The translations under genes were made by a program, and so were the position numbers. From an uncultured delta proteobacterium (GTDB lineage Bacteria > Desulfobacterota > Desulfobacteria > Desulfobacterales > QNYZ01), in contig CAWJQU010000005.1 of the NCBI GenBank assembly GCA_963845145.1, positions 1,120,001 through 1,184,000 of the forward strand: a stretch of 64,000 nt of DNA, in the 5' to 3' direction. The notes below the pieces were generated by a model that saw only the letters and a program-made list of their open reading frames with translations, was not told the origin of the DNA and did not search any database. This document shows positions 50,555-60,535 of the stretch, piece after piece. How positions within the stretch are numbered: the first letter of the stretch is position 1; each line of letters begins with the position of its first letter.

Positions 50555-50564
50555 TGTATATACA
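50555..50564. promoter_or_regulatory. HutC operator candidate TGTA-N2-TACA
   Basis: Palindrome TGTATATACA in the hutC-hutU intergenic region, downstream of TTGACA at 50515-50520. Confidence 0.7.
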
Positions 50565-50651
50565 TGTGGTGACGCTTTCCAAGCGGTCACATTGTAGCGG
50601 TTTTCCGGTTGCCACAGAATATGCCGAGCAATCCAAATCGAGGTATTTGCC

Positions 50652-52688
50652 ATGCTTTCCAACGACTCAATTTCCGGTGCGATGCGCATCCGACTGGATG
50701 AATCGATGCCTAAGATGCCGGCCTTCGTCGAGGGAATCCGCCGGGCTCCGGACCGGGGATTTCGGCTGTCGAAATCACAGACAATCACCGCCCTTCAAAA
50801 TGCATTGAGATATGTACCCGAAGCGCTGCATACCCAACTGGCCCCTGAATTTATGAATGAACTGACAACGCGGGGGAGGATCTATGGCTATCGCTTCAGG
50901 CCCCCGGGGCAGATCAAGGCGGGGAGGATCGACGAATATACCGGCCTTTGCACGGCCGGCAAAGCCTTTCAGGTGATGATCGATAATAATCTGGATTTCG
51001 ACGTCGCCTTGTATCCCTACGAGCTGGTAACCTATGGTGAAACGGGCAGCGTCTGCCAAAACTGGATGCAGTACCGGTTGATAAAAAAGTACCTTGAGAT
51101 CCTGACGGAAAAACAGACCCTGGTGGTCTCTTCGGGACACCCGCTGGGGCTGTTTCCGTCCCATCCGGACAACCCCAGGGTTATCATCACCAACGGCCCC
51201 ATGGTGGGAATGTATGACAACCCCGATGACTGGGAGATCGGCGTGCAAATGGGCGTGACCAGCTACGGCCAGATGACGGCGGGGGGGTGGATGTATATCG
51301 GTCCCCAGGGAATTGTCCACGGCACATACAATACGCTGCTGAATGCCGGTCGGATTCAATACAATCTGGCTGAAGATGCCGATATTCGCGGTCTGCTGTT
51401 CGTCTCTTCGGGATTGGGGGGGATGAGTGGTGCTCAGCCCAAGGCGGCCGACATCGCCGGAGCCGTATCCATTACGGCCGAAGTGGATGATTCACGCATT
51501 AAAACACGTCACGATCAGGGCTGGGTCAACCGGTTTTCCGAGGACCTGGAAACCGTTTTTAATTGGGCCAAAGAAGCGGTCGAAACGAAGACGCCCCGTT
51601 CCATCGCTTTTCACGGCAATATCGTTACCCTTCTGGAGTACGCCATCAAGCACAATGTTAAGATCGATCTTTTGTCCGATCAAACATCCTGCCATGTGGC
51701 CTATGATGGCGGGTATTGTCCCCAGGGCTTGACATTTAAAGAGAGAACCCAACTGCTTTCGACGGATCGGGCGACTTTTCGAAAGTTGGTTGATGAGAGC
51801 CTTCAACGCCATTTTCAAGCAATCAACACACTGGTCCGGCGCGGTACCTATTTTTTCGACTACGGTAATGCGTTCATGAAGGCGGTATTGGATGCCGGCG
51901 TTAAAGAGATTGCCAAAAACGGACGGGATGAACTCGATGGATTTATTTTCCCCTCTTATGTGGAAGATATCATGGGGCCTCATATTTTTGATTACGGATA
52001 CGGCCCCTTCCGATGGATCTGTTTAAGCGGCAGCGCCGATGACCTGGCCAAAACCGACAAAGCCGCCATGGCCTGCATCGATCCCGAACGCCGACCCCAG
52101 GACAGGGACAACTGGATTTGGATTAGAGATGCCCACAAGCATGATCTCGTTGTCGGTACCCAGACGCGTATTCTTTATCAGGATGCCATCGGCCGGACGA
52201 ATATTGCTTTAAAATTCAACCAGATGGTTCGAGATCGTGAGGTAGGACCCATTATGCTGGGCCGGGACCACCACGATACCGGCGGTACCGACTCCCCATT
52301 ACGGGAAACAGCCAACATTAAAGACGGCAGCAACATAACGGCGGATATGGCCCTACAATGCTTTGCCGGTAATGCGGCCCGGGGGATGTCCCTGGTGGCC
52401 CTTCACAATGGCGGTGGTGTGGGAATCGGTAAAGCCGTGAATGGCGGCTTTGGACTGGTTCTTGACGGCAGCGAAAGGGTGGACCGAATTATTCGATCGG
52501 CCATCACTTGGGATGTTATGGGCGGGGTGGCCCGCCGCAATTGGGCCCGCAACGCCAATGCCATGGACGTCGCCGCCGATTTTAACGGGAATAATCCCGA
52601 CGGGGGGCATATTACCCTTCCTTTTATCGCCAACGTCGAAATGATAGAAAATTTGGTGGAAAGCATACAATGGAAAAAATATTCATAG
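50652..52688 (+). CDS. hutU: Urocanate hydratase (long form, 678 aa)
   Basis: 'YGQMTAGGWMYIGPQGIVHGT', 'GLGGMSGAQ', 'DQTSCH', 'GRDHHD', 'HNGGGVG'. Confidence 0.97.
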   Translation: MLSNDSISGAMRIRLDESMPKMPAFVEGIRRAPDRGFRLSKSQTITALQNALRYVPEALHTQLAPEFMNELTTRGRIYGYRFRPPGQIKAGRIDEYTGLCTAGKAFQVMIDNNLDFDVALYPYELVTYGETGSVCQNWMQYRLIKKYLEILTEKQTLVVSSGHPLGLFPSHPDNPRVIITNGPMVGMYDNPDDWEIGVQMGVTSYGQMTAGGWMYIGPQGIVHGTYNTLLNAGRIQYNLAEDADIRGLLFVSSGLGGMSGAQPKAADIAGAVSITAEVDDSRIKTRHDQGWVNRFSEDLETVFNWAKEAVETKTPRSIAFHGNIVTLLEYAIKHNVKIDLLSDQTSCHVAYDGGYCPQGLTFKERTQLLSTDRATFRKLVDESLQRHFQAINTLVRRGTYFFDYGNAFMKAVLDAGVKEIAKNGRDELDGFIFPSYVEDIMGPHIFDYGYGPFRWICLSGSADDLAKTDKAAMACIDPERRPQDRDNWIWIRDAHKHDLVVGTQTRILYQDAIGRTNIALKFNQMVRDREVGPIMLGRDHHDTGGTDSPLRETANIKDGSNITADMALQCFAGNAARGMSLVALHNGGGVGIGKAVNGGFGLVLDGSERVDRIIRSAITWDVMGGVARRNWARNANAMDVAADFNGNNPDGGHITLPFIANVEMIENLVESIQWKKYS

Positions 52689-54208
52689 ACAAGCCGGATC
52701 TGACCATCGAAGACGTGGTACGAATCGCCCGTCAGCGGGTCATGGTTGATATTACACCGGAAACGGGTTTACGAATCCAACGCTCACGCGCCCTTGTGGA
52801 AAAATGGGTTGCCGAGGACAAGATTATCTATGGCATAACCACCGGCTTCGGTGCGCTCAGCCATACGCGAATTTCCGGAGACCAGACCCGCGTCCTTCAA
52901 CGCAATATTCTGATGAGTCATGCTGCGGGTGTGGGGGCGCCTTTGGCGGAAGAGGTCGTGAGGGCGATAATGGCCGTTCGGTTGCATGACCTGTCTCTGG
53001 GGCATTCGGGGGTACGCATCGAAACCTACCAACAGTTGATGACAATGCTCAACCAAGGGGTCTATCCGGTTGTGCCGGAAAAAGGATCGGTAGGTGCCAG
53101 CGGTGATCTGGCCCCCACCTCCCACTTGTGCCTGGTCATGATCGGTGAGGGCGAGGCTTTTTACGAGGGCTGCCGCGTGACAGGTGGCGAGGCCCTGGAA
53201 AAGGCGGGAATGAAACCGATCGCCCTTGAAGCCGGTGAGGGGCTGGCGCTGGTCAATGGAACCCAGGTGATGGCGGGACTTCAGACCTTGGTGGTTCACG
53301 ACGCTCACCGGCTCGCCAAAACTGCGGATATCGCCTGCGCCATGACGCTGGAAGTCCTCATGGGCAGCGATGCCGAGTTCGATCCCAAAATCCATCAGGT
53401 GCGCCCGCACCCGGGCCAGATCGATGCCGCCGACAATATGCGGCGACTGACCCACAACAGCCCTATTATTCAATCCCACAAGGGCTGCTCACGGGTCCAG
53501 GACGCCTATACGCTAAGGTGTTCGCCTCAGGTCCATGGCGCCACGCGCGACGCCATTCGGCATGTAGCGCAGGTGGTGGGAATCGAAATAAACAGCACCA
53601 CCACCAACCCGCTTATCTTCCCGGATGACGAAGATTTCAGGCTGGGCGGAAATTTTCATGGGCAGCCATTGGCATTAACGGCCGATTATCTTTCCATCGG
53701 ATTGGCTGAATTAGCCAATATTTCCGAACGCCGGGTGGAACGGCTGGTCAATCCCCAACTCAGCGAGCTGCCGGCCTTCCTGGTGGCCAAGGAGGGGCTT
53801 AATTCGGGATTTATGATTGCACAGTATACGGCAGCCGCACTGGTTTCAGAGAACAAAGTGCTGGCCCACCCCGCCAGTGTCGACTCCATCCCGACCTCGG
53901 CCAACAAAGAGGATCATGTGAGCATGGGCACCATTGCCGCACGCCAATGCCGGGATATTATGTTCAACACAGAACACGTTATCGCTGTGGAGCTGCTCTG
54001 CGCCGCCCAGGCCGTGGACTTGTTGAAGCTTCAAAAGGGGCTTTCGCCCAGTGGCGGGACCCTGGCGGCCTGGCAGGTGATTCGGGAAAGCGTTCCCTAT
54101 CTTGAAAACGATCGGCAGATTTCAAAAGATATTGAAACCATGACTGCGCTTGTGCGTAGCGGCGAGATCGTTTCCAGGGTGGAATCGGTGGTCGGGGAAT
54201 TGAAATAA
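52670..54208 (+). CDS. hutH: Histidine ammonia-lyase
   Basis: 'YGITTGFG', MIO-forming 'GASGDLAP', 'QDAYTLRC', 'GGNFHG', 'EDHVSMG'. Confidence 0.97.
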   Translation: MEKIFIDKPDLTIEDVVRIARQRVMVDITPETGLRIQRSRALVEKWVAEDKIIYGITTGFGALSHTRISGDQTRVLQRNILMSHAAGVGAPLAEEVVRAIMAVRLHDLSLGHSGVRIETYQQLMTMLNQGVYPVVPEKGSVGASGDLAPTSHLCLVMIGEGEAFYEGCRVTGGEALEKAGMKPIALEAGEGLALVNGTQVMAGLQTLVVHDAHRLAKTADIACAMTLEVLMGSDAEFDPKIHQVRPHPGQIDAADNMRRLTHNSPIIQSHKGCSRVQDAYTLRCSPQVHGATRDAIRHVAQVVGIEINSTTTNPLIFPDDEDFRLGGNFHGQPLALTADYLSIGLAELANISERRVERLVNPQLSELPAFLVAKEGLNSGFMIAQYTAAALVSENKVLAHPASVDSIPTSANKEDHVSMGTIAARQCRDIMFNTEHVIAVELLCAAQAVDLLKLQKGLSPSGGTLAAWQVIRESVPYLENDRQISKDIETMTALVRSGEIVSRVESVVGELK

Positions 54209-54353
54209 CCGACCTCAGGGATAAGCGTTGCCATTTAACCCCCCGTATTCTTTTTACCGAGTCCATCATTGTTTTTCGTATAATCATTATGGTAAACCCT
54301 GAATCCTTTGTAAGGCATTTCTATTGCGTCACTGATAAAAAGGTAGGGGTCGC

Positions 54354-54845
54354 ATGAAAGTGATATTTGTGGACCAAGAGCGTTGCCTGGCCTGCCGCAA
54401 CTGTGAGCGGGTCTGCTCCTTTCAGGACTCAGGCGGGTTCAAAAGGAAAAACAGCAATATCTGGGTTCATATTGACCTGGATGACAGAACCATATTCACT
54501 TTAACCTGCCCACAGTGTGAAACGGCCGCCTGCCTGGAGGTTTGCCCCACTGCCGCGATTCGACGGGACCCGGATACGCTTGCTGTGGTGGTCAATGAAA
54601 CCGCGTGCGTGGGATGTAAGATGTGCATCAACGCCTGTCCTTTCGGGTGCATTCATTTCGAAAACCTGCGTCGGGTTGCGGCCAAATGCAACCTGTGCAA
54701 CGGCGACCCCAAATGTGTTCAAAACTGTATGGCGGATGCATTGCATTTCGGCGATATCAATGAGCTGGCAGATAGAAAAAGGCGGAAAACCGATAAGACG
54801 ATTGTCAAAATGACGCGGTTTCTAAAAGGAGAACACCCGCGATGA
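54354..54845 (+). CDS. 4Fe-4S ferredoxin subunit (DmsB/HycB-like)
   Basis: Four Cys clusters: CLACRNC, CPQC...CP, CVGCKMC...CP, KCNLC. Confidence 0.9.
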   Translation: MKVIFVDQERCLACRNCERVCSFQDSGGFKRKNSNIWVHIDLDDRTIFTLTCPQCETAACLEVCPTAAIRRDPDTLAVVVNETACVGCKMCINACPFGCIHFENLRRVAAKCNLCNGDPKCVQNCMADALHFGDINELADRKRRKTDKTIVKMTRFLKGEHPR

Positions 54846-56917
54846 GGGTAAAAACGATTGTCTCATCCGGCGTGGTCCCGACACTCTGCCGTATGTGCGA
54901 TACCCGTTGTGCCATTAATGTTCATATCAAAGATGGTGTTCTAACGGATATCACGCCGCTTGACGGTCACCCGATCAATCAGGGCCGAATCTGTCCCCGG
55001 GGGGGTGCCGCCATTGATCTGTTCTACCATCGTAACCGCATCCTCAAACCTTTAAAACGCCAAGACGACGGCTCGTTCTCCGAAATTTCCTATGACCAGG
55101 CTTTAGATGAGATCAGCACGAAATTATTGGCCCTTAAAGCCGAACACGGCGCTCACACGGTGGGTGCCTGGAAAGGCGAAGGGCTCGGATTTTACCAGCA
55201 GGAAGGGTACGTCCGTCGATTCATTCGGGCCTTTGGCTCTCCCAATTACTTTTCCAACGATTCTGCTTGCTTTAACGGCCGTTATCTCGGATACCATCTG
55301 GTGTGTGGATTCTGGAATGTATTTCCTGAATTCGACAAGGCGAAACTGATTCTGCTTCTCGGCACAAACCCGCCGATGTGCCATCCGCCGTTTATGCGTG
55401 AATTTGCCGACGCCCGCCAAAACGGTGCCAAGCTGGTGGTTATCGACCCGCGTCTGAATCCCATGGCCTGTTACGCCGATATTTTTGCCCAACCCTATCC
55501 GGGAACTGACGGCGCCTTGGGGTGGGGATTAATCAATTATTTAATCCAATCGAAAAATTACGATAGTGAAATGGTTGAGCGATTCGTCATCGGGTTCGAT
55601 AAGATCGCCGCCTATGCTGCCCAATTCACTCCCCAACGGGTTGAAAAAGAGAGTGGTATTTATCCCAAGGTCTTGGAGGAAATCGCCCAACTGATCATAA
55701 AAAACCGTCCTGACATCAGTATTTTTCCCGGGGCCGGGTTGGAGCATCATGAAAACGGGGTCAACAGTGTACGCACACTGGCCATTCTTTCCTGCCTCTG
55801 TGGCGCCCTGGGGCGTCCATGCGGTTTGTTTCGCCCTGAATCATTGAACATCCACCGGTTGGCCTTCGAGGATGAACCACTGTCTCCCGGATCCGAACTG
55901 TCCGATCCGATTGGGGCCGACAAATTTCCAGTGTTGTATGACATTCGTAAAGAGTGCCACACCATGACCGCCATGGATTATATGTTGGGTAAGGGGGAAT
56001 ATCCGCTGAAGGGGTTGCTTATCGCTGCTGCCAATCCGGCCGTCACCAACCCCAATACGGCCAAGGTGGAAAAAGCGCTGAAACAACTCGAACTTCTTGT
56101 CGTTAGCGACTTTTTTATTACCAAAACCGCTCGCCTGGCCCACTATATCTTACCGGCCGCCACTTTTCTGGAACGCGAAGAGCTCCATCTTTTTCATAAG
56201 TACCAGGTGGTCAACCTTACCCAATGCGTGGCGACGGTTGACGGCGTGTTGGACGAATACCGGATATGGCGCGAACTTGCGCTACGTATGGGCTTTGGGG
56301 AACAATACTTTCCCTGGAAAAACGAATCCGAAGTCAATCAATGGCTACTGGAGCCTATAGGAATTACCCCTGATTTTCTTAAAGAGCATCCCCGCGGCTT
56401 TGTCTATAAACCGATCAACTATCAAAAACATTTAACCGAAAATTTCCCCACACCGTCGGGTATGTTGGAATTTGCCTCTCCGTATTTAAAAGCACTGGGG
56501 CTTGATGAAATTCCAGAATTTACCCCACCGTACCACCGCCGGGATCGTAATAATCGCTTTCCCTTTGTGCTAACCACCGGCGCGCGGAAATCCCTGTTTT
56601 ACCATTCGCGGCATCAAAACATCCCTCGATTCCGCAATATTCATCCCGAAGCCGAGATGGAGATCCACCCTCAGGATGCATTGGCACTCCAAATTGCAGA
56701 TGGAGAGGAAGTCCGCGTGGTATCTGAAATGGGGGAGTTGGTCATCCGCGCTTCAATCAAACACCATTCGGAATTGCGTCGGGGTGTTGTGGAGATTTAC
56801 CACGGTTGGGAAGAGTGGCGGGTCAATTTTTTAACCTATGATGAAATCAACGACCCCATCAGCGGGTTTCCGCTGCTAAAAGCCGTACCCGTTCGCATTG
56901 AAAAAATAACAAATTAG
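54842..56917 (+). CDS. Molybdopterin (Mo/W-bis-PGD) oxidoreductase catalytic subunit, cytoplasmic
   Basis: CxxCxxxC...C Fe-S motif, 'NDSACF' Cys ligand region, 'VIDPR', 'ILPAATFLE', 'EIHPQDA'. No Tat signal. Confidence 0.9.
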   Translation: MRVKTIVSSGVVPTLCRMCDTRCAINVHIKDGVLTDITPLDGHPINQGRICPRGGAAIDLFYHRNRILKPLKRQDDGSFSEISYDQALDEISTKLLALKAEHGAHTVGAWKGEGLGFYQQEGYVRRFIRAFGSPNYFSNDSACFNGRYLGYHLVCGFWNVFPEFDKAKLILLLGTNPPMCHPPFMREFADARQNGAKLVVIDPRLNPMACYADIFAQPYPGTDGALGWGLINYLIQSKNYDSEMVERFVIGFDKIAAYAAQFTPQRVEKESGIYPKVLEEIAQLIIKNRPDISIFPGAGLEHHENGVNSVRTLAILSCLCGALGRPCGLFRPESLNIHRLAFEDEPLSPGSELSDPIGADKFPVLYDIRKECHTMTAMDYMLGKGEYPLKGLLIAAANPAVTNPNTAKVEKALKQLELLVVSDFFITKTARLAHYILPAATFLEREELHLFHKYQVVNLTQCVATVDGVLDEYRIWRELALRMGFGEQYFPWKNESEVNQWLLEPIGITPDFLKEHPRGFVYKPINYQKHLTENFPTPSGMLEFASPYLKALGLDEIPEFTPPYHRRDRNNRFPFVLTTGARKSLFYHSRHQNIPRFRNIHPEAEMEIHPQDALALQIADGEEVRVVSEMGELVIRASIKHHSELRRGVVEIYHGWEEWRVNFLTYDEINDPISGFPLLKAVPVRIEKITN

Positions 56918-56957
56918 ACATCGCCCTCGGTTTTTGGGGAAACTCGATCCGGGTCCA

Positions 56958-57005
56958 TCCTGATTTTGATCAACCCTGATTTGGATCAATCCTGGTTTTG
57001 ATCAA
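56958..57005. repeat. 16-nt tandem repeat x3 ((t/c)cctg(a/g)ttt(t/g)gatcaa)
   Basis: tcctgattttgatcaa / ccctgatttggatcaa / tcctggttttgatcaa between convergent genes. Confidence 0.75.
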
Positions 57006-57017
57006 TACCGGTCTGGG

Positions 57018-57809
57018 TCAATGCGGGTTTGAATCAATTTGGTACAGCCGGCAGGTATTTTGATAGATCTTGTCGGCTAGGGTCTCCGGGTCTTCTTGCC
57101 GGACTTGGGCCAATTTCAGCAGGACACTTTTCACAAAGGCCGGCTCGTTACGCCGGGTTTTGTTCTTTTGGGGTGCCGGTGTCAGATAGGGGGCGTCCGT
57201 CTCGATGAGGATTCGATCTTGGGGGATATGCGTGACCATTTGACGCAATGGTTTTCCGCGCTTTAAAATCGTCAGGATACCGGTGATCCCGATATGAAAC
57301 CCCAGAGAGAGGTACTGCTCCATCTCGTCTGGCGTGCCGCTGAAACAATGGATAACCCCGGTCCGACACGCATTCGGGTGGGCTCGAAGCAATTCCAGCA
57401 AACGGCCATCGCTGTCACGTTCGTGAATAATGATCGGTAACGACAGCGCGTCGGCCATCTCAAGTTGTTTTAAAAACCATTTTTCCTGATCCTGAACAGG
57501 GGAAAACATGCGGTTGAAATCAAGGCCAATCTCTCCCCAGGCTCTGACCTTGGTGTCGGAAGCTAAATGGCTGAGAATGTTTAAATCGGCATCCGAACAC
57601 TTTTTAGCATCGTGCGGGTGGACGCCAACGGCCGCATAAATGACTGAATAGCGATGGCTTAATTCCACCGCTTTTTCAACGCTGGAAGGGTTAACGCCGG
57701 CAATCATCATGGCGGCCACATCGTTTTCGCGAGCACGCGCCATAACGGCATCAAAATCGTCATCATAAACCGGATCATCGAGGTGGCAATGGCTGTCAAA
57801 TAATTTCAT
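57018..57809 (-). CDS. tatD: TatD family nuclease/hydrolase
   Basis: 'DSHCH', 'GVHPH', 'GEIGLD', 'HCFSG', 'ETDAPYL'. Confidence 0.92.
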   Translation of the reverse strand: MKLFDSHCHLDDPVYDDDFDAVMARARENDVAAMMIAGVNPSSVEKAVELSHRYSVIYAAVGVHPHDAKKCSDADLNILSHLASDTKVRAWGEIGLDFNRMFSPVQDQEKWFLKQLEMADALSLPIIIHERDSDGRLLELLRAHPNACRTGVIHCFSGTPDEMEQYLSLGFHIGITGILTILKRGKPLRQMVTHIPQDRILIETDAPYLTPAPQKNKTRRNEPAFVKSVLLKLAQVRQEDPETLADKIYQNTCRLYQIDSNPH

Positions 57810-57993
57810 CTTGTCTCGTTTAAATTAAGCGCGTATGATAAAATGTTTTTTGAATGCAAATAGCATCCAAACCGGACCGATGCAACCTGCCGAAAAGGCA
57901 ACTCTGGGATGAATTTTCCCAGAGTCGGTATGGATTAAAGGTTAATCCTTCCATGGTTCTTATCGGCCGATAAAAATAGCTGGGGAGGCCCAT

Positions 57994-58824
57994 ATGTTTA
58001 AAATTGTCAGACGGGAAGAGATGGCCGGAGGCACGGTGATCTTAAATGAGATTGAGGCGCCCAAAATTGCCGGCAAAGAGAAACCCGGCCAGTTTGTGTT
58101 GTTGAAAGCCAATGAAGAGGGCGAGCGTATTCCCTTGACCATGGCGGAAACAGACGCTGAAAAGGGAACCATCACTATTATCTATATGGTGATCGGTAAG
58201 ACGACAGCCCTTTTTAAAACGCTTCAGGTGGGCGATGCTTTTCAGGATGTCATCGGCCCCTTGGGCAAGGCGACTCACATTGAAAATTTAGGTAAAATTG
58301 TTTGTGTCGGCGGCGGAACAGGGACCGCGGTTTTACACCCCATCACCCGGGCCATGAAAAACGCCGGCAACCATGTCATTACGATTTTAGGTGCTCGAAA
58401 TAAGGACCTGTTAATCCTTGAGGATATGATGCGGAATGTGTCGGATGATTTTTTTATTACCACCGACGATGGTTCCTATGGCCGGCACGGGCTGGTGACC
58501 GATCAGTTAAAGGATATCCTGGAAAAGGAAAAGATCAATCAGGTGGTGGCCATTGGCCCGGTCCCCATGATGAAGTTTGTTTCGCTCCTCACCAAAAAAT
58601 ATGATGTCCCCACGCTTGTAAGCTTAAACCCCATCATGGTGGACGGGACGGGGATGTGCGGATGTTGTCGTGTGACGGTAAACGACGAAACGAAGTTTGC
58701 CTGCGTGGATGGTCCGGAATTCGACGGCCACAAAGTCGACTACGACGAGTTGATGCTTCGCTTACAGGCTTATGCCGAAGACGAAAAAAAGTGTTACGAA
58801 AATTTCTGCAAATTACAGGGATAG
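57994..58824 (+). CDS. nfnA: NADH-dependent reduced ferredoxin:NADP+ oxidoreductase small subunit
   Basis: 'GERIPLT', 'GGGTG', 'DGTGMCGCCR', 'CVDGPEF'. Confidence 0.88.
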   Translation: MFKIVRREEMAGGTVILNEIEAPKIAGKEKPGQFVLLKANEEGERIPLTMAETDAEKGTITIIYMVIGKTTALFKTLQVGDAFQDVIGPLGKATHIENLGKIVCVGGGTGTAVLHPITRAMKNAGNHVITILGARNKDLLILEDMMRNVSDDFFITTDDGSYGRHGLVTDQLKDILEKEKINQVVAIGPVPMMKFVSLLTKKYDVPTLVSLNPIMVDGTGMCGCCRVTVNDETKFACVDGPEFDGHKVDYDELMLRLQAYAEDEKKCYENFCKLQG

Positions 58825-58931
58825 ATCCGGTTTTTATATTCAAAATTTGGCTTAATCATTCATAGACGCTAACCGGCCATTTTAGCCCTGTTGAAAGTAA
58901 AACTGGAAAAGATGGATTTTAGGAGGAGTAG

Positions 58932-60335
58932 ATGACAAAAAAGAAGGAAGCAACACCACGACAGGTTATGCCGGAGCAGGCAGCCGATGTCCGCCGCAGG
59001 AATTTTGATGAGGTTCCCTTGGGTTTCGATGTGGAATTGGCTCAAGCGGAAGCATCCCGATGCCTTCAATGCCGTAAACCCGGATGTGTAGCAGGGTGCC
59101 CGGTGCAGGTCGACATTCCCGGCTTTATCGACCTGATCACGGAAGGCGATTTTACCGGAGCCATTCGAAACTTGTGGGGTAAAAACGCCTTACCGGCAGT
59201 TTGCGGTCGTGTCTGTCCCCAGGAAATCCAGTGCGAAGGTAAATGTATTGTCGGTAAAAAAGGCGATCCCGTGGCCATCGGCCATCTAGAACGATTCTGT
59301 GCTGATTACGAGCGCGAATACGGTACCGGCGAGTTACCCCCAACCGCTGATTCCACCGGAAAAAAGGTGGCGGTGGTGGGGTCCGGGCCATCGGGGCTGA
59401 CCGTGGCAGGTGATCTGATCATTAAAGGACACGCTGTAACGGTATTTGAAGCATTTCATAAACCGGGCGGTGTTTTGGTTTACGGCATTCCCGAATTCAG
59501 GCTTCCCAAAGATATCGTCGCCCAGGAAGTCCATTTTCTTGAACGCCTCGGTGTGACTGTTGAATGCAACGCCGTGGTGGGACGATCGGTGACCCTGGAG
59601 GAACTGTTTGAAGAGGGCTATGACGCCATCTATGTCGGTGTCGGGGCGGGATTGCCGCGCTTTATGAATCTCCCCGGTGAAAACCTGATCGGTATATTGT
59701 CAGCCAATGAATATCTAACCCGGGCCAACCTGATGAAAGCTTACAAGTATCCCGAAGTCGATACGCCGATTCCCATTGGAAAAAATGTCGTGGTGTTAGG
59801 GGCCGGGAATGTCGCCATGGATTCGGCTCGCACGGCCATGCGTTTGGGTGCGGACAGTGTCCGTATTGTCTACCGGCGATCCCGGGAAGAGATGCCGGCA
59901 CGGGCGGAGGAGATCCACCATGCCGAAGAAGAGGGAATCAAATTTGAACTGCTCACCAACCCCATCAAATACTTCGGAAATGACAAAGGCCGTTTAACCG
60001 GTATGACCTGTTTGCGGATGGAATTGGGCGAACCGGACGATTCGGGCCGGCGACGCCCGGTACCCATCGAAGGGTCCGAGTTTGATGTCGAAACCGACTT
60101 ATGCATCGTGGCCGTAGGATCAGGTGCCAACCCGATTTTGACCGAGTCTGAACCGGGGTTGAAGCTGAATCAATGGGGTTACATCGAGGCCGATCCTGAA
60201 ACCGGCAAAACCACAAAAAAAGGCGTGTGGGCCGGCGGCGACATCGTCACCGGTGCCGCCACCGTGATTCTGGCCATGGGTGCCGGACGAAAGGCAGCCG
60301 ATTCCATAGATGATTATCTGACCTGGGGGTGGTAG
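58932..60335 (+). CDS. nfnB: NfnB / GltD-like large subunit
   Basis: 'RCLQC...CVAGCP', 'CGRVCPQEIQCE', 'GSGPSG', 'YGIPEFRLP', 'AGGDIVTGAATVILAMGAG'. Follows nfnA. Confidence 0.88.
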   Translation: MTKKKEATPRQVMPEQAADVRRRNFDEVPLGFDVELAQAEASRCLQCRKPGCVAGCPVQVDIPGFIDLITEGDFTGAIRNLWGKNALPAVCGRVCPQEIQCEGKCIVGKKGDPVAIGHLERFCADYEREYGTGELPPTADSTGKKVAVVGSGPSGLTVAGDLIIKGHAVTVFEAFHKPGGVLVYGIPEFRLPKDIVAQEVHFLERLGVTVECNAVVGRSVTLEELFEEGYDAIYVGVGAGLPRFMNLPGENLIGILSANEYLTRANLMKAYKYPEVDTPIPIGKNVVVLGAGNVAMDSARTAMRLGADSVRIVYRRSREEMPARAEEIHHAEEEGIKFELLTNPIKYFGNDKGRLTGMTCLRMELGEPDDSGRRRPVPIEGSEFDVETDLCIVAVGSGANPILTESEPGLKLNQWGYIEADPETGKTTKKGVWAGGDIVTGAATVILAMGAGRKAADSIDDYLTWGW

Positions 60336-60368
60336 GGCGGCACTGCTCGCTCGAAAGTATAAAAATAT

Positions 60369-60423
60369 AGGGCCCTGAAAGATTCTTATGTGAAAACCAA
60401 ATGAATCTTTCAGGGCCCTTTTT
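60369..60423. terminator. Intrinsic terminator (possibly bidirectional)
   Basis: Perfect 17-bp inverted repeat 60369-60385/60403-60419 followed by a T-run, between convergent genes. Confidence 0.8.
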
Positions 60424-60535
60424 GTTTAGCAATTCCCGCCAACTTTACATCGCTTTTTCACTTACGAACAGAATCCAACAATTTAATAGGGTCACACATA
60501 AACAAACCGTCCTACCGAAGAAAAAATGTCACTCC

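Noticed and set aside
52670..54208. HutH as an ergothionase (TMA-lyase)
   Set aside because: It retains the MIO-forming Ala-Ser-Gly and typical histidase motifs.
54842..56917. Selenocysteine formate dehydrogenase
   Set aside because: No in-frame TGA, and the ligand region reads SACF rather than the FDH (C/U)H motif.
58932..60335. Glutamate synthase small subunit (gltD)
   Set aside because: No gltB adjacent. Pairing with an NfnA-like gene indicates NfnAB.
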